64,000 nucleotides of DNA, taken from NCBI GenBank assembly GCA_030141605.1, contig JAQGDQ010000002.1, positions 930,001 to 994,000 of the forward strand, given 5' to 3'. The first letter of the stretch is position 1, and the number at the start of each line of letters is the position of its first letter. Origin of the DNA: Tubiluchus corallicola. Taxonomy: Eukaryota > Animalia > Priapulida. Positions 50,389-64,000 of the stretch are shown piece by piece. Under the pieces are notes generated by a model. The model searched no databases and had not been told where the DNA came from. It saw only the letters and a program-made list of their open reading frames with translations. The position numbers and the translations under genes are program-made.

Positions 50389-51500
50389 AGATTAACTACT
50401 AATCCAACTAAAGCTGAAAGTCGTGCAGTTAATTATTCCTTGTTTACACTTACAATACGAAAAAGCGTGTCAGTGGGATGTAATTAATGCCTATGATACA
50501 CCAAAGCGTCCAGCGTCTGGTGTTCGCGTCCAGGTCCAGCGTCTGGTGTTCGCGTCCAGATCCAGCGTCTGGTGTTCGCGTCCAGGTCCAGCGTCTGGTG
50601 TTCGCGTCCAGGTCCAGCGTCTGGTGTTCGCGTCCAGATCCAGCGTCTGGTGTTCGCGTCCAGGTCCAGCGTCTGGTGTTCGCGTTCAGGTCCAGCGTCT
50701 GGTGTTCGGGTCCAGGTCCAGCGTCTGGTGTTCGCGTTCAGGTCCAGCGTCTGGTGTTCGCGTCCAGGTCCAGCGTCTGGTGTTCGCGTCCAGGTCCAGC
50801 GTCTGGTGTTCGCGTCCAGGTCCAGCGTCTGGTGTTCGCGTTCAGGTCCAGCGTCTGGTGTTCGCGTCCAGGTCCAGCGTCTGGTGTTCGCGTCCAGGTC
50901 CAGCGTGTGGTGTTCGCGTTCAGGTCCAGCGTGTGGTGTTCGCGTCCAGGTCCAGCATCTGGTGTTCGCGTCCAGGTCCAGCGTCTGGTGTTCGCGTTCA
51001 GGTCCAGCGTCTGGTGTTCGCGTCCAGCGAACACTACACGACATTGGGTAATGAAACCAAAGATTTTATTAGCGAACGCCGGAGCTATTCCTATGTCCAG
51101 CGTCTCGGTAACCATTGACGACTGGGCCCGTGATCACGTTGTCTGCTCTGGTGAATTATTATGCTAATAAACGAAGAAAAGAAAAATGAAATCATTACAA
51201 AAATGAATTTGATTACCATCCTTTTTGTTATCCATGCCAGGCACTTTATTCTAACTTAGTTGGACGTTGGACATTTAGGTGTATCATATGCTTAATAGTA
51301 ATTGCACCACAGAAAACAGTGCACATCTGCACACCTGTTTCACAGTTGCTTGAAAGAAGAAGCCAGATTAATGTATCATAGGCATTAATTAAGGCAATTA
51401 GGTCATCCCACTGATATGGTTTTTGGTAATGTAAGACTGTAAGTAACAAGGAATATTTAGCTGCTCGACTTTCAGCTTTAGTTGGATTAATAGTGAATCT
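50389..51500. mobile_element. Non-autonomous TIR element (about 110-bp arms) carrying a minisatellite
   Basis: agattaactactaatccaactaaagctgaaagtcg...cagtgggatg..attaatgcctatgataca (50389-50500) is mirrored at 51373-51500. Confidence 0.8.
50508..51027. repeat. GC-rich minisatellite, 20 x 26 bp (GTCCAGCGTCTGGTGTTCGCGTCCAG)
   Basis: 520 bp / 26 = 20 units with few substitutions; accounts for the overlapping repeat ORFs in the track. Confidence 0.97.
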
Positions 51501-54500
51501 GATTATTTAGTTTTATTTAGTAAGCAAAAGTAACATTTGTGAAAAATAAAAAAGAGACTAGTTCGTTTGCGAAATGCCATGTTCTGTTCTTCCTCAACTA
51601 CTTTCCTTCCATCAGTAACTCTCTTCCTGATTTCTTTCTCTTTTTCCCTTTCCCTTTCCATTTTTTCAATTTTTATTCTTTTTCTGATTGCATGCTCACT
51701 CTTTTTCTTCGATTTCACGCATTCCTCTTTTATTTGTTTAATTTATACTTTCTTCGCTCTTTCTTTTGTTCATACTTCCTTCTTTATTGCTTATACATGT
51801 TTCTTCCTTCTTTATTTTTTTTCTTTTTCGCTCTTTTTACCATGTTCCTTCTTCCTTTGCGCGGCTCTTTAACTGGCAGTATTTCCTTCCTTACCTTTTC
51901 TAGGTTTCTTCCATGCTTTCACTTCTCCAAAACGCCACTTTTCTTCTCATTTTCTTTGTACCTCAATGCTGCAATATTACTAGTTTTCCTTATGTAATTG
52001 TCTTCCAGCGGTAAAACCGTTTTTCCTCTAAACCAGGAAAAACTAGCTGACTGAATCCAGCTGTGAAAATGCTGCTGCAAGATCAAGCTGGCTATGCAAG
52101 AGGTACTCTTGTTATTGACAGTTACCATCTACAGGTTCAATGACACTGACACAAGCCTGCGCAAAACCGTTACTTTCTTTTTTCAAACAGGATTTTTGTT
52201 ATCCACCAATCTTCTGGATCGCTCCAATTCGCATGGATAGGACCTACCACTCCGAGACGGCACAAAAACATAGATTAAAGGTAGATTTAATACTGTATTC
52301 CTAAATCCTAAGTTCACTTTTATTCACTTTGTACCAACAGCTTGTAAAAAATAATCAGAATGAACTCTGTAAATATAAATATGTAAACTTTTCATAATTT
52401 CAATGTAAAAAGTAACACAAATTATGCGGATCAAGTGTAGTAATTTCCCATAGTTAGGTAAAGTATTATACTACAACAAAGTAAAAGTAGATAAAGTCAG
52501 ATAAATGACAGAGTGCAATCGGTTTAAGTATAAGTCAAAAATTGCGACCTTATTACTACAAACCAAAAGCTTATTGATAACTTGGCCTGCAGAAGTATTA
52601 TTGAACTCCAGAGTAATTTTCCTTACACATTAGATCCAAAGTCGACAAATTTTCAACAAACGATTCATTTTTCCATAAGGTACTCCAAACACGACCACAG
52701 ACCACTCGATATGGAAAAGGTCACAAGACAAGCAGAAGAGAAAAATCAAACGGGAAAATTCTGAGATGAACACCACTTGTAGAATGCCAAGAAATTTTGA
52801 AAATGTGCATTTACTGACGCTAAACATTAAATAAATACATACAATGACATTCCTCTTAAATTGTCATAGTTACAATCAGGGGAAATTCGGTATGATCGGT
52901 GCAGAAACAGTTTTGGAAAATGGAAGAGTACACAACAAGGTACAAAAAAGTAGTTTGTTATGGCACGAAGTGGAAAAAAATGAGAAATGATTGAATTCCA
53001 TAGCCGTCTTGGAAGCAAACCATAGCTATTAGTTCATATTTTTTAGAAGTGCATTGGTCCTTCTGTTGAGTTTTAGGACTGATTATGTTCTATTAAAATC
53101 GCACATAAATAAATTTTGCCCAAAAATCGGTCAAGAAGATGTAATTTTTTTATCTGAATTTTTGTGGTTCACCCAAAAACCTTATCTACCAATCTGCATC
53201 TATTCAATCCATTCTCTATAGGTGTTTTCACAACTCATTTTGTCCTGAATCTGTTGCGCGTGACTGACGTATCACAGCAAATCAAATTGTGAATACTAAA
53301 CAATTATTACAACAGCAATCAAGCTTGTTCATCTATTTAGCTTATGTTAACGAAAGTTATAGGTTGTTCGATGAAATTAACGTTTAAATAAATTTTTAGG
53401 TTGACCAAGTTAGAAGAAAAGCACAGAGCGAGATGTGCTGTAAAAGCCCATGTTAACATGCGTGCTATACAAGTTTTTGCCCTATAGACCTAAATCTGAC
53501 CTGAGCTCAGTATGACCACTCACTATGTACAAAGCATTGTTAATTAGACTGTACCGGCACTTTCCTTTCGACATCTGCTCTGAAAGAACTGCTATGTACA
53601 CAAACTATTTACAGAATAACAATAAACAACAGCAACACCTTGAACATTACCTGCTTAAATGATGGGGCTAAAATAACAAAAGCTATAGAGCTTGGTACTA
53701 TGGTAAATAAATCACAATTGTATAATTGTATCCTGTTACTTCATTGTCGGCTGGGTCACGTTCAACTCAATTAGGCCTTAATTAGCAAAAATTGGATAAA
53801 GATTAATGGGGGGGGGGGGTCACAGTCAACAACGACCCATTGCTTACTGATAGCGAAATTACTATGTGCGTACAGTCTGGTCATCTGTCCAGTAATTATC
53901 GTTTCAAATACACATTAATTTAGCCGACATTCGATAAAAGATTGCATAATGAATATGAAACTATTGCTAAAACACTGTATGACATTTTATAGGGTAAAAG
54001 AGGTAGAAGTACTAAGACTGCACTCTAAACACACAGACACAAAAACGCCCAGCCGATTGATCTGTTTCTTTTTCACATTCTTATGCTTTCCACTTTCATC
54101 ATCACCATCATCATTATTATCATTATCGTCGTCGTCGGCGCATTCTCATCTTCTCCTTGTCACAGCATTACGTTTATCAACACTCTGGTATTTCGTTCTC
54201 TTTGTTTGTTTTTATTTTTGCACCTTCCGTTTTTTCTTCCACTAATTCTTGCCTTTCTATTCCGACGTCTAGCAAATTCATTAGAACATTTTGGAAAGAA
54301 ATAAAGTAAAACTAAACTACAGTGTACCAGTAAACAGAATACACTAGTCTGTATGATTTAAGAATGAAAGAGCAGACTGCAGATCTAATTTATCTACGAC
54401 AACAAAAATGTATAACTGTCCTTTACGGAAAGAACACTAAATATGCTTTACGCAATATTCAATAGACAATATGCAACAAAGGAGTCGGCATAGGTGGTGC

Positions 54501-57500
54501 ATTAAAAATGTAAATGAGATTTACATAGAAAAGGAAAAGTTAAAAGAATTAAACACTGAGGCATATAAATGCGCTACATGGCAATGGAGATGATGACTAA
54601 AATACTAATAAATTTGGTTTACGTAACAACGGAAGCGGGAAAGGGTTGCACGTAAAAATAGAATAATTCTAAAGCATTTTAAATTTACATGGCAACGGAA
54701 AAAGCTTTAAACACCGCAAACTATCCAATGGACCCCTACAGATTAATCTATAGGTAATCTATAAGGAATTTTTGAATCGATGGTATGTGTATGCTAAGTG
54801 ACAACGGAGGTAGCAAAGAGCTGAAGACTGAAAGAAATGAAAATGCAAATATTACTAAAAGCATAAAATGGTAAATTCATAGCACCACAGAGGTGCATTT
54901 TGAAAAATAGACGCGAATGCGCCTCATAAAAATTATTCTTTACACAGGAAAGACGCCATCGATGATCGGTGTGCAGCCTACATCAACCATTCGGTAACCT
55001 TTGTGTACATTATAAGCTTGATACTGCCCGGTACTAACAGCTTTCATTGTTATTATTTTGCTAAGTTTTTGCTTAGGGCTTACAGACAAGATTGGGACAA
55101 GCAAACCCATTTTATCTTCGTCACAAAAACAATTATTTTCAAAAACTTTAATTGAATATGAAATGTACAATACACTGATTCCACTATACATCGCCTGAAC
55201 TAATCGGGGGTTCATTAGCTTTTTTCGTGGTAATGCCGATTTCTTCAAAATAAGTCGCTAGTTGAATGGCAGAAATGCTAAGAAAGCGAACGTATAGCAT
55301 AAATGCGGAGCATAGAAAGCAAATAAGCGTTAATTCGTGTGTTTAAAGGCAAGTAATGATAACCCAGACAAACGGTGCTTTATGAAACACAGAGCTTATG
55401 TTTGAGTCATTGACCAAGAGGCAGAACGTCAGACAATATTGCTATTCACTTTTACTATGCTGCAGTGGAATGAGGAATACATGCATAGATGCTAATATAT
55501 AATGTATATACAAGTTTAGTAATTATACATACGAAAACACATTAATAACTAACTATAGACATACATAACCTACGATACGTATATAACAAGTACACTACAT
55601 AACTACTACATGAATTAGAAAACACATACAAAAATAACTCACGAGTCTTTCAAAACATAGATATTTCAAAATAGTAGACTCACTGCCGGTTTCTAATGAA
55701 CATATCAAACAATTATATGAAAGCACATAAATTTCAGGACGTATCACACACGAATAAATGCTAGATTTTATAAAGCATAAAAATAAAGATCGTGTTTAAA
55801 CTTTTCCCTTCTTTAAAGCAAATATTTTATTATTTTGGCTGGTTTTCTTTCAGCTACTTTTATATTATATTTTCTACATTTTCGGTGCCCTGGTGAAGAA
55901 TTTTTAAAACCCGAATGCTTGGTATTAAGAATTTTTATTGGGTTTTGCTGTTAGAACACTTTTTTACACGTTTATATTATAATCTACTATAAGTTTCCAT
56001 AAAAAGGAATTAGAATAATGATAACGTAGTCCCACGACTTTGAGAAATATATGTGTCTTAAAATTAAATGGAGTTACTAAATGAAATTTGAATTAATAAA
56101 TAGCTAGGACTGAACAGGCACATAGAGCTAACTTAACATAATAATAGCGGCTTTGATGGAAATGTCCATTAAGTTAAAGAATGATTTAGTGCCAGTGTCA
56201 TGGTACTCATGTTTTAAGATAAAACTACTCAAATACTTCAACTACATGAGCAGTATTAATTAAACAAGAACTTCTTTGTTTATATTGCATCAAAAGCTAA
56301 TCAGGAAGCACATGCCATCTTCAGCATGTGCTGATTTAACACATTAGCTACAAAATGAAGGTAACATGCCACCGTTGCTAAAAATCTTGTTGCTTTTTTA
56401 CAACTTTTTTAGTGTAAAAGTGTCAAGAAGGAAGTTGCCGTTACTCTGCTGCCAAGTGAAGCAACTGTATGAGAAATAGAGCAAACCTACTGAGAAATTC
56501 ACCCCCCAGGCAGATGTCATGTTTGTGGGCGAGCCCTTCGTGTGCTGCATGCTGCAATCAGGTCAGTTCGGTCATTGTGTTTTTTAACAATTCAACATCA
56601 GCAATGCACAGCAACTGCAAGACACCCACATCAACTAACTTTTCATTTTACTGTCAGATAGATAATATACGTTTAACAGATACAAAACATTTCTTAGCAA
56701 TCATAAATGTGAGTAGGACTAGTACCACAGACTTCAAATTTCTTAGGAGCAAAGTAAAAGTGAGAAGATGAATGAATTGTAAATGGCTGCTGTCGTTAGA
56801 TGGTAAAAGTGATTAGACAGTAAATGGGGTAACTCTCTTTAGGATGGTTCACATTCAAAACTCATTTGCTTTGTTTTCAATTACTGATGGCATTTGACAG
56901 CTGTAACAGTTTCTCTACCTATGACACAAAAATGTCAACACCAGTTTATCTATAGGTACACAGTTACCACAAGAAATATACTCAATGTGAATGACACAAG
57001 GAGAATAGAAAATGATAGAGTTACAGACTCGACAAATAAAAAAAATGCGCACACACGTATTGGCATTTCAATATGATGACTACATTAATCTCTTAAGACT
57101 GATTAATTCATTTAGCTGGCAGAGAAAAAGCCAAAATTTCTTATCCTAGGAATTACCCTAGGTGCTACAAATTGGTAGCCATTTAACAAAAAAGGTATGA
57201 GAAGAACATTAACCACTTACTATTACTGTTAGTTTCAATATCCATTTAATTTTGTACATTTTATAATTCAAATAGTCTTGTTTCAAATAAGAGCTTATTT
57301 GACACCTAATCTGAACAATTACAAATTATAGGGACCTCTTTGATGTTTTGATGGTGAATTTGCAATAATAAAATGAGAGATATTGCACCGATCTTTAAAC
57401 TAGGGCACAATACACAGTATCAAGTTTCTAGCATAGAAATTCAAAAACTAGCACACCAGTGTAATTAAATTGAAGTAAGAATTTTGCCAAAGTATGCAAT

Positions 57501-59019
57501 ATTGTCTATGACTGTCATCAAAAGGTTTTTCATGTGTACGGTTTGGCACAGCTAATATGTCTAAGTAACTTAATGATAATCATTACTGAAACTGCTGGCT
57601 AGAACCAGACGCAGGTACAAAAAAGACACCAGAAAGTCCTAAGTGCAGTACCTGGCAATTATTTACACCTGGACTGTGCATTGTATGATATGGCATTATA
57701 TTACTACCAGTGCAGTAGCAAAAGCCAAAATGAGGTTATTTTATGATTTTCCTTCATTTACAATTTTAGTGTAGATCTGTTGTTGCAGTGAGTTAAATGT
57801 ACGGGTGAAACAGTTAATAGTTATTGCAATATATACTTAACAGAACACACTTAAAAAAGAGGAATCCTTTATCATAATAATTCAAAGCAGAATTCACTTT
57901 AAGTTTACACAAACACGTTTCACTAAATTTAGCTAATTTTTCTGCACCAACATTTACAGTAACATTTTGGTTTAATCCTGTGTCCTTCATCACTAGCAAT
58001 TATAGATTAAATGAAATAAGTTAGCATGATGAGTGTGTAATGGCCCAATTTTAAGCACAGTATCAACAACAGAAGTTTGCAATTAAAATTTGATATCCAT
58101 ATGTAACTCATTATTTTCACTGTTCATACAGACTAGCACAGCAAGTTACCCAAAGGAAGTCATAATTCATAGTCATAAATTAATAAATGCCCATTATGAT
58201 GTGACGGCAATATTAACACTTAGTCAAGTACAATAATAAGCCCACTGACCTTTAGATGTCAAAGTTTTGTGAAGACAGCAGCTACACATAATAATCAGAT
58301 AAAGAAAACAATTTCGTCTACTTAGCATATTTAAATTTAACAGGTTTAAAGTGTGCACAACTATAACGTTTTATCCAGCCAGTTAACACACATGCAATTT
58401 ACAAGCTTCAGTAACGGATATGTCATACTTACCAAGTTTACTGACATTTTCATGCTTGCCTGCATCTGCCCTTGTCTGCTCTCATCTAGGTTAGCAGCTG
58501 GAAGTCAGTGGCGTCACCTATCAACGGAAAACGAACACTATTAATGGTACAACTAAGTAAACTTTTTATAAATGTAGTACATTTTTTCACAGGTCCAGAA
58601 TTTCAGTTTAAAACATTATATTATAACTGGCAATAAATAAGTCTCAGTTAGCCAATGAACATTGTTTTATTTCTAACGTATAGAGTTCTAACGAGAAAAG
58701 AAATTTAACGTCCATAAATAATAAACAACATCAAGTACAACATAAACATTCTACAATTGCCGTATTTCTAGTTAAAGAACATAGGAATTCAATTTACCTC
58801 CAGTCTAAGACCTCATCACACTGACTAAAGATGGTTTCTCTCATCAGTCAATCTCTGAGTTGATTGTCAACAAAACTTAGTGTCAAAGTGAATGTTAGAA
58901 CTTAAAAGTAATACACAAAGTTACAGAATCTACTTTTACATTTCGAAAACACCAGCAAACATTTTTTCGATTAAGCAAGCAACAATAACAGTTCAGTGGT
59001 GCAAATACAGAAGCAAGGA

Positions 59020-59330
59020 AAACAACTTCAACCATTATTATCTGTCAAACTGTATCATACCAAGCAGCCTTTAGCACCAGTTATAGAAAAACAAGGAATA
59101 CACATTTAATCAATAAATTATACACACATATGAACAGTAACAGTTCAATGGGTGACTTTCAATAAAAACATAAGCAAAAAAAATAGTTTCAACCATTATT
59201 ATCTGCCAGGCATGTGGTAGACAAAGCAGTCATTTAAAACCAGTTATACAATTACAAGTACCACACATTTAATCAATAAATTATATGACCACACATTTAA
59301 TCAATAAATTATACGCATATAAACAATAAG
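59020..59330. repeat. Diverged about 160-bp tandem duplication in the PPP2R3C 3' region
   Basis: aaccattattatctg...ccagttata...cacatttaatcaataaattata repeated, the last motif three times. Confidence 0.75.
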
Positions 59331-59711
59331 ATTCTTTATTAACAAATAATACCAAAACGTGATAAGTTAATCACATTACTCGTTATACATGCTAGATCAA
59401 TATCATACTAAATTCTGCAAACTACCAAGCTTTTTTAAGTACCTAGGTACGAAAATTTTACACGTTACGATAAACTTTTCTTCAATTCAGGAAAGACACT
59501 GTGGTGGCACATACTTACATAAAAGCATTTGTGCAGTGACAACTTTACATATTCCAGCATTTACACTACTTCAAATTAGGTGTGTACGTTAGAATGAACA
59601 AAAGCATTCAACACAGAATCTATAAAACATGAACCTTTCTCTAGTTCAGCTTTTGATTGCTACAGAACTGAATATCACAAAAAAGTGGAGCTAAACATTG
59701 GAAGAGCTTTG

Positions 59712-62027
59712 TCAGCTTAAAGCTGATGCTCCTTCTGAGGGATCATTTACAAGAACTTCACGATTCTCATACATCCAGAAACCGTTCAGATCAGTAAGTA
59801 TGGTGATAATTGTATCTCCCTGCCCACTGAAACAAATAGCCTACGTAAATGCGTCAATAACAAACAGGCATCGAACATTACAAAATGTTGCTAAAAATAT
59901 AAAACAGTAGTGATTTCTATTAAAGTTCTGCAGAAAACAAGAAGCACAAAAAGGCAAAAATGAAATATTTTCAACGCCTTCAAGAGTATGAATTGTGCAG
60001 TTAAAAATAGAAAACAGTTTAAACTGCAAATATTTTGTTAATCTAGCATTTTTGTAGGGTAATAGATAATATAGCAGTCAGCAAATGGGTGGAAAAACAA
60101 ATATTTTCTATCAGCACAGTTGCAATGAGCCTTCAGTTTGCTAAATGAATGCTAACATCTGTTAAAAAATTTAGAAATTCGGTACACCAAATAATGATTT
60201 GATGAAGGTAATTATACAAGCATACCACGTTATTAAATCTTGGAGTGTTATTTTTAGAGGATCAGTTGGTTTGACCATGTCAAATACTTCATCCTTTACA
60301 TCATGAAATGAGATTGGTTCTTGGCCGTGATCTGTCATCTGCTTTTGTATTGCCTGAAGAGACACTTAAATACTTCAGTAAGGCAAGCAAATATTGGCAA
60401 ACATAAAATTTTGAGACAATGCCAACAAAAATCAAATAATGGGAAATTGCACCAAAAAAATTTCACATTGAAATAAACAAAAAGTTTTGCAGCTACTATA
60501 CTAATTAACTTCTCAGATCACTTGTCAGCAAGAGACGTGACGCATCGTGCACAAAAAATAACACTGTTGTACTAGCGCAACATGTACACCTAAATAGGAG
60601 TTTTACTTTAGCAGTATGATCATTGCTAACAATTTAGGCCTTTCACTTTGTGTAAGTCACGCATCTCAACGTTTTTCTTTTAAATTTTACAAAGTACATC
60701 AGTACAAATAAATACTATGTTTTATTACAGGCAATCAATTGGGCATATCACAACAAATTTAAAAACACTACTTTGCACAGAATTATCAGGAAATGTGCAT
60801 CAATTGCATACTATGGCACACATACTATGCAGTACATATTTAAGTAATGACACATGCAATAATATATTCAATAAATATTATATTCAATCAGTAGCTCATC
60901 TCAGTTATTTCCATTTTATACACTTATAAAACAGTCACTTAAAAACTGACACTGAGCAAAAGAAGAGACAAAAAGAGATACAAACTGCTACAGCATCATT
61001 AAGTGGCTTAACTATAGTAAACCAATATACTGCACTGTCATACCAAATGCATATAACAAAACCTGTGCTTTACTTTCTCTTTGATATTAATATAAGCACA
61101 TCTTTAATGTAATAGCTTTTTAATTTCATATTGCAATCTACTTGCTACTAGTTCTGTAATAAAACTGAGATAAGTGCCCTGTGTGAAAACCTAGTTTGAT
61201 TCTAAGTAGATATTTCTGAGCTCAAACAAAAACATGCTGACAGCTAGAGACATATGCCAATATATTGTCACCAATTAAAAAAGCTGGAATGATCAACTAA
61301 TTACCCGGAAGAAAAAATTGAGTGCAAAAACATCCAAGTAACCCTTCTGACGAACGTCAAGAATGCGGAAGAGGTACTGTAGAGATTGTGCTTCTCTTTT
61401 GTTCTCCAGAGCCAAGACAAAATCAAGATACGTCTTGTAATCCATTTCTCCATCATATGTGAGACATTCTTGGAATACTCGATCTAAGAATACATCCGTC
61501 AGCGTGCCTGTGCCGTATCTGTTGACATAAAATATTGTTTAGATAGTCTAGCAAGTGATAAAAGTACTTTGTAGTTTCTTTGATAATAATGCCCTCAGAT
61601 TTCTGTATCTAGTTCAAATGAAGGACTAAATGGGAAAGGGGGTAACATTCAAAGTTTTTAGAAGTGTTTTTCACTTTTTAAGTTTTTATAGAAATTGGCA
61701 AATTACAGGCTAGTGTGGAGCACTCAACAGCTAATTAAATTCTTAATGACAAGAATAATGACAACTAATAAAAATCCCATTATTAAAACAAAAAACATTT
61801 CAAATCACTGCTGTTACTTATCAACTGGTGAAAAAAGAAATAGGGGGAAAAATCACACAGAGTTACTAATATTAATTTTCGGAGGTTTTTTAATAACATT
61901 TACACTAAAAAATACCACAGTTCAAAACTCTACTATCTATTAAAACCACAGAGAATAGCAAATAAAAACAATAGGGAAAACACAGAATGAGAAAGCAGCA
62001 TCACTGGTGACAATCACAGTAACTGAG

Positions 62028-62064
<37 letters not shown>

Positions 62065-63611
62065 TGAAAACTTTTTTATATATCTCTCTCCCTGTAATTC
62101 CATTTTCTGCTTTTGTGGTTTTTCCCCTTGTGTTTTTATTTGCTACACTTCTGTAATTTTAACATGGTAAAAGTCATGTGATTGCATTCTTTTTTACCGT
62201 ATTGGTATTTTGCATGGTATTTTGTATGTAAATAGCATTTAAAAAACTCCAAAAGTTAGTAATAATATTAATTTTCTGATTTTCCCCCTTTCACAGTAAC
62301 TTGGAAATATCTGATGATTGCATCTTGCACCTATTTATACTGTCATATGTTTTACTGGTTGAATAAAGGTTACAATATAAAATTAGGTAATTTCTAAGTG
62401 CTTCATATTGTCTGCTGCACAAATCAAGAAAGTTGCTTTAGTGCAATAGTGCACACCTACCTAGAAAGTTCGTCTTTACTCAACATGCCATTATGATCTT
62501 TGTCCAAGTTCAAATATTGTCCATAGATACGAAGTGCTGAAGCTGCAGAAAACCAGTTCATTTCCTGCATTTCTTTCGACAATTCCTCGTCACGTAACTA
62601 TACAGAAAAAATATAAAATTTAATTGCTTAAAATGAAAAGACTCTGTGAAAAATCTTATCACACATTTATATTAGTAAACATTCGAAACCTTCAACTGGT
62701 TTAGAAAAAAAAAATTAAGATTATAATGATAATATTCAAGTTACGCTTGCTTCCATTAGTTAACTAATTATTTTTGCAAGTAGCAGTGTTAGTGTTTAAA
62801 CAATGTCGATAGAGCCATTTATTAAAGCATTATACAAGCCAGGTCCTCTTTAACTAGTTTTGAAGAAGAAATTTAAAAGTACATATCTACTGGAATTTAG
62901 TAAATTTAAAAGAACAGTTTAATGTTTATAATTCTTAAGAAACAATGTTAGTTATTTTCATGCAATTATCGTGGCAAATATTAGCAGAAGTAGTGTGCAT
63001 ATGGGTACTGCTATTGTACCTTAGCTGACAGCAAAAACTGGTCACATCTGTCTACTCTGAAATTTTATATTTTATTCTAGATAAAAACCACAAACCTCTA
63101 GCAGATCATCCAGAAAGCTGCAGGCAAGTATATCTTGTATCCTAACCTTTCCAGTGCGCATGGGGTCCAAAAAAAAGAAAAATTTTCGCACAGCCGTGCA
63201 GACATAAAACGAATGAAAAGATTTCTCTAGACCATCCAGCTGCAATGAATAATAAATAGTGTTTTCTTTTATATTAAATTAAGAAAAATTCAAAAATTAT
63301 TAGTAAATTGAATCGATAATCATATTGTCAAAATTTATTCAATTAAAAACTAATTATACAGTATTGTTTCATTATAACATACCGGAATTTGCCTATGCAG
63401 CACAATAGCTAACTTTGGTCCAGTAGTGAAAAACTCAGGTAAATTAACAGAATATAACACACATTGAAACCACTGTGTAGATAGTAGAAAAAGCTCAAAT
63501 ACGATTACAATGAAAACCAGTTATTTCTGGACGTAATGCATGTTACAGAAATTGTTGAATTCGTACCTGAGGCAACGTTGGTATTAGCTCAGTGATGTAA
63601 TTTTCCAAGTC
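59712..63611 (-). CDS. PPP2R3C: PP2A regulatory subunit B'' gamma (G5PR), 3' six exons; 5' part beyond window end
   Basis: Exons: 63567-63611, 63096-63239, 62461-62597, 61305-61518, 60226-60353, 59712-59826. Translation DLENYITELIPTLPQLDGLEKSF..FYVCTAVRKFFFFLDP...NWFSA.SALR.YGQYLNLDKDHNGMLSK...DVKDEVFDMVKP...DLNGFWMYENRE closely matches PPP2R3C as I know it (EF-hand included). Confidence 0.96.
61826..62296. mobile_element. Diverged foldback/MITE centred on (GA)n in a PPP2R3C intron
   Basis: gggggaaaaatca / tgattttccccc, ggaggtttttta / taaaaaactcc and tagcaaataaaaaca / tgtttttatttgcta arms; (GA)n at 62033-62059. Confidence 0.65.
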
Positions 63612-64000
63612 CTGCAAAAAATGAAAAATATACCCTGAACGAAGAACAGCTTATGGTATACTCATAGTCATGACATATCCAACATGTTACAGTTTATAGC
63701 AGAATGTGTTCTCATGTAGATCGGAATTTGTACCATTATTTGAATAAGAAGACAATTTGCAAATGTAATAACTGAAATAGTTTTTCAAGATTCAGGTCAG
63801 TAAAACTACTTGATTACTCTTTCATTTTTTATAATTATTTGTTAAAAACCGATTCAACAGTCTAGCATAGGACTACCTTTAAAGTCTTTACATTTAGTAA
63901 GACAGAATTAATTACTGAATTACACAAAAGCACATTAGAGGTAGCTACTAAATGATTGGATGTGATTTGGCAGCAAGAAGTGAGGCTGAAAGCACATTTC

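Noticed and set aside
50423-51167. Five overlapping 125-231-aa repeat ORFs, and a possible CRISPR-like array
   Set aside because: A stop-free 26-bp unit keeps all frames open. The repeats are contiguous with no unique spacers, there are no cas genes, and the context is eukaryotic.
51503-51997. Phe/Leu-rich and Lys/Glu-rich ORFs
   Set aside because: CT-rich low-complexity tract
52008-52102. Possible plus-strand exon (ttccag...AG/gtactc)
   Set aside because: Isolated, with no partner exons or recognisable peptide
59691-59714. PPP2R3C stop TGA-C as a readthrough candidate
   Set aside because: Next in-frame stop is only 6 codons later; no CUAG context or SECIS evidence

Overview
AT-rich, intron-rich animal genomic DNA, probably an invertebrate. 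It is not prokaryotic and has no CRISPR array, rRNA or intact tRNA. I reconstructed three spliced protein-coding genes by hand, all on the minus strand, with GT-AG junctions and matching codon phases. (1) ARID2/BAF200 (PBAF subunit): 19 exons from ATG 30286 down to 482, 3' end outside the window, with an 11.7-kb intron 3. (2) A furrowed/CG9095-like type-I membrane receptor of about 933 aa (Sushi, F-type lectin, C-type lectin, 3x Sushi, TM, Pro/Tyr-rich tail; CDS 44649-32999), whose 5' leader may reach about 58.5 kb. (3) The 3' six exons of PPP2R3C (63611-59712). Non-coding DNA holds many foldback/MITE-like inverted-repeat elements, including a 1.1-kb TIR element carrying 20 copies of a GC-rich 26-bp unit. 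It also holds a pogo/Tigger relic with a PIP box, a LINE relic, a HINE/DINE-1-like element, microsatellites and several hairpins. Most short ORFs in the supplied track are spurious. I found no clear new biological system. The best leads are the receptor's degenerate lectin sites and signalling tail, a possible internal ARID2 promoter, a strand-specific intronic hairpin and the satellite-carrying TIR element.
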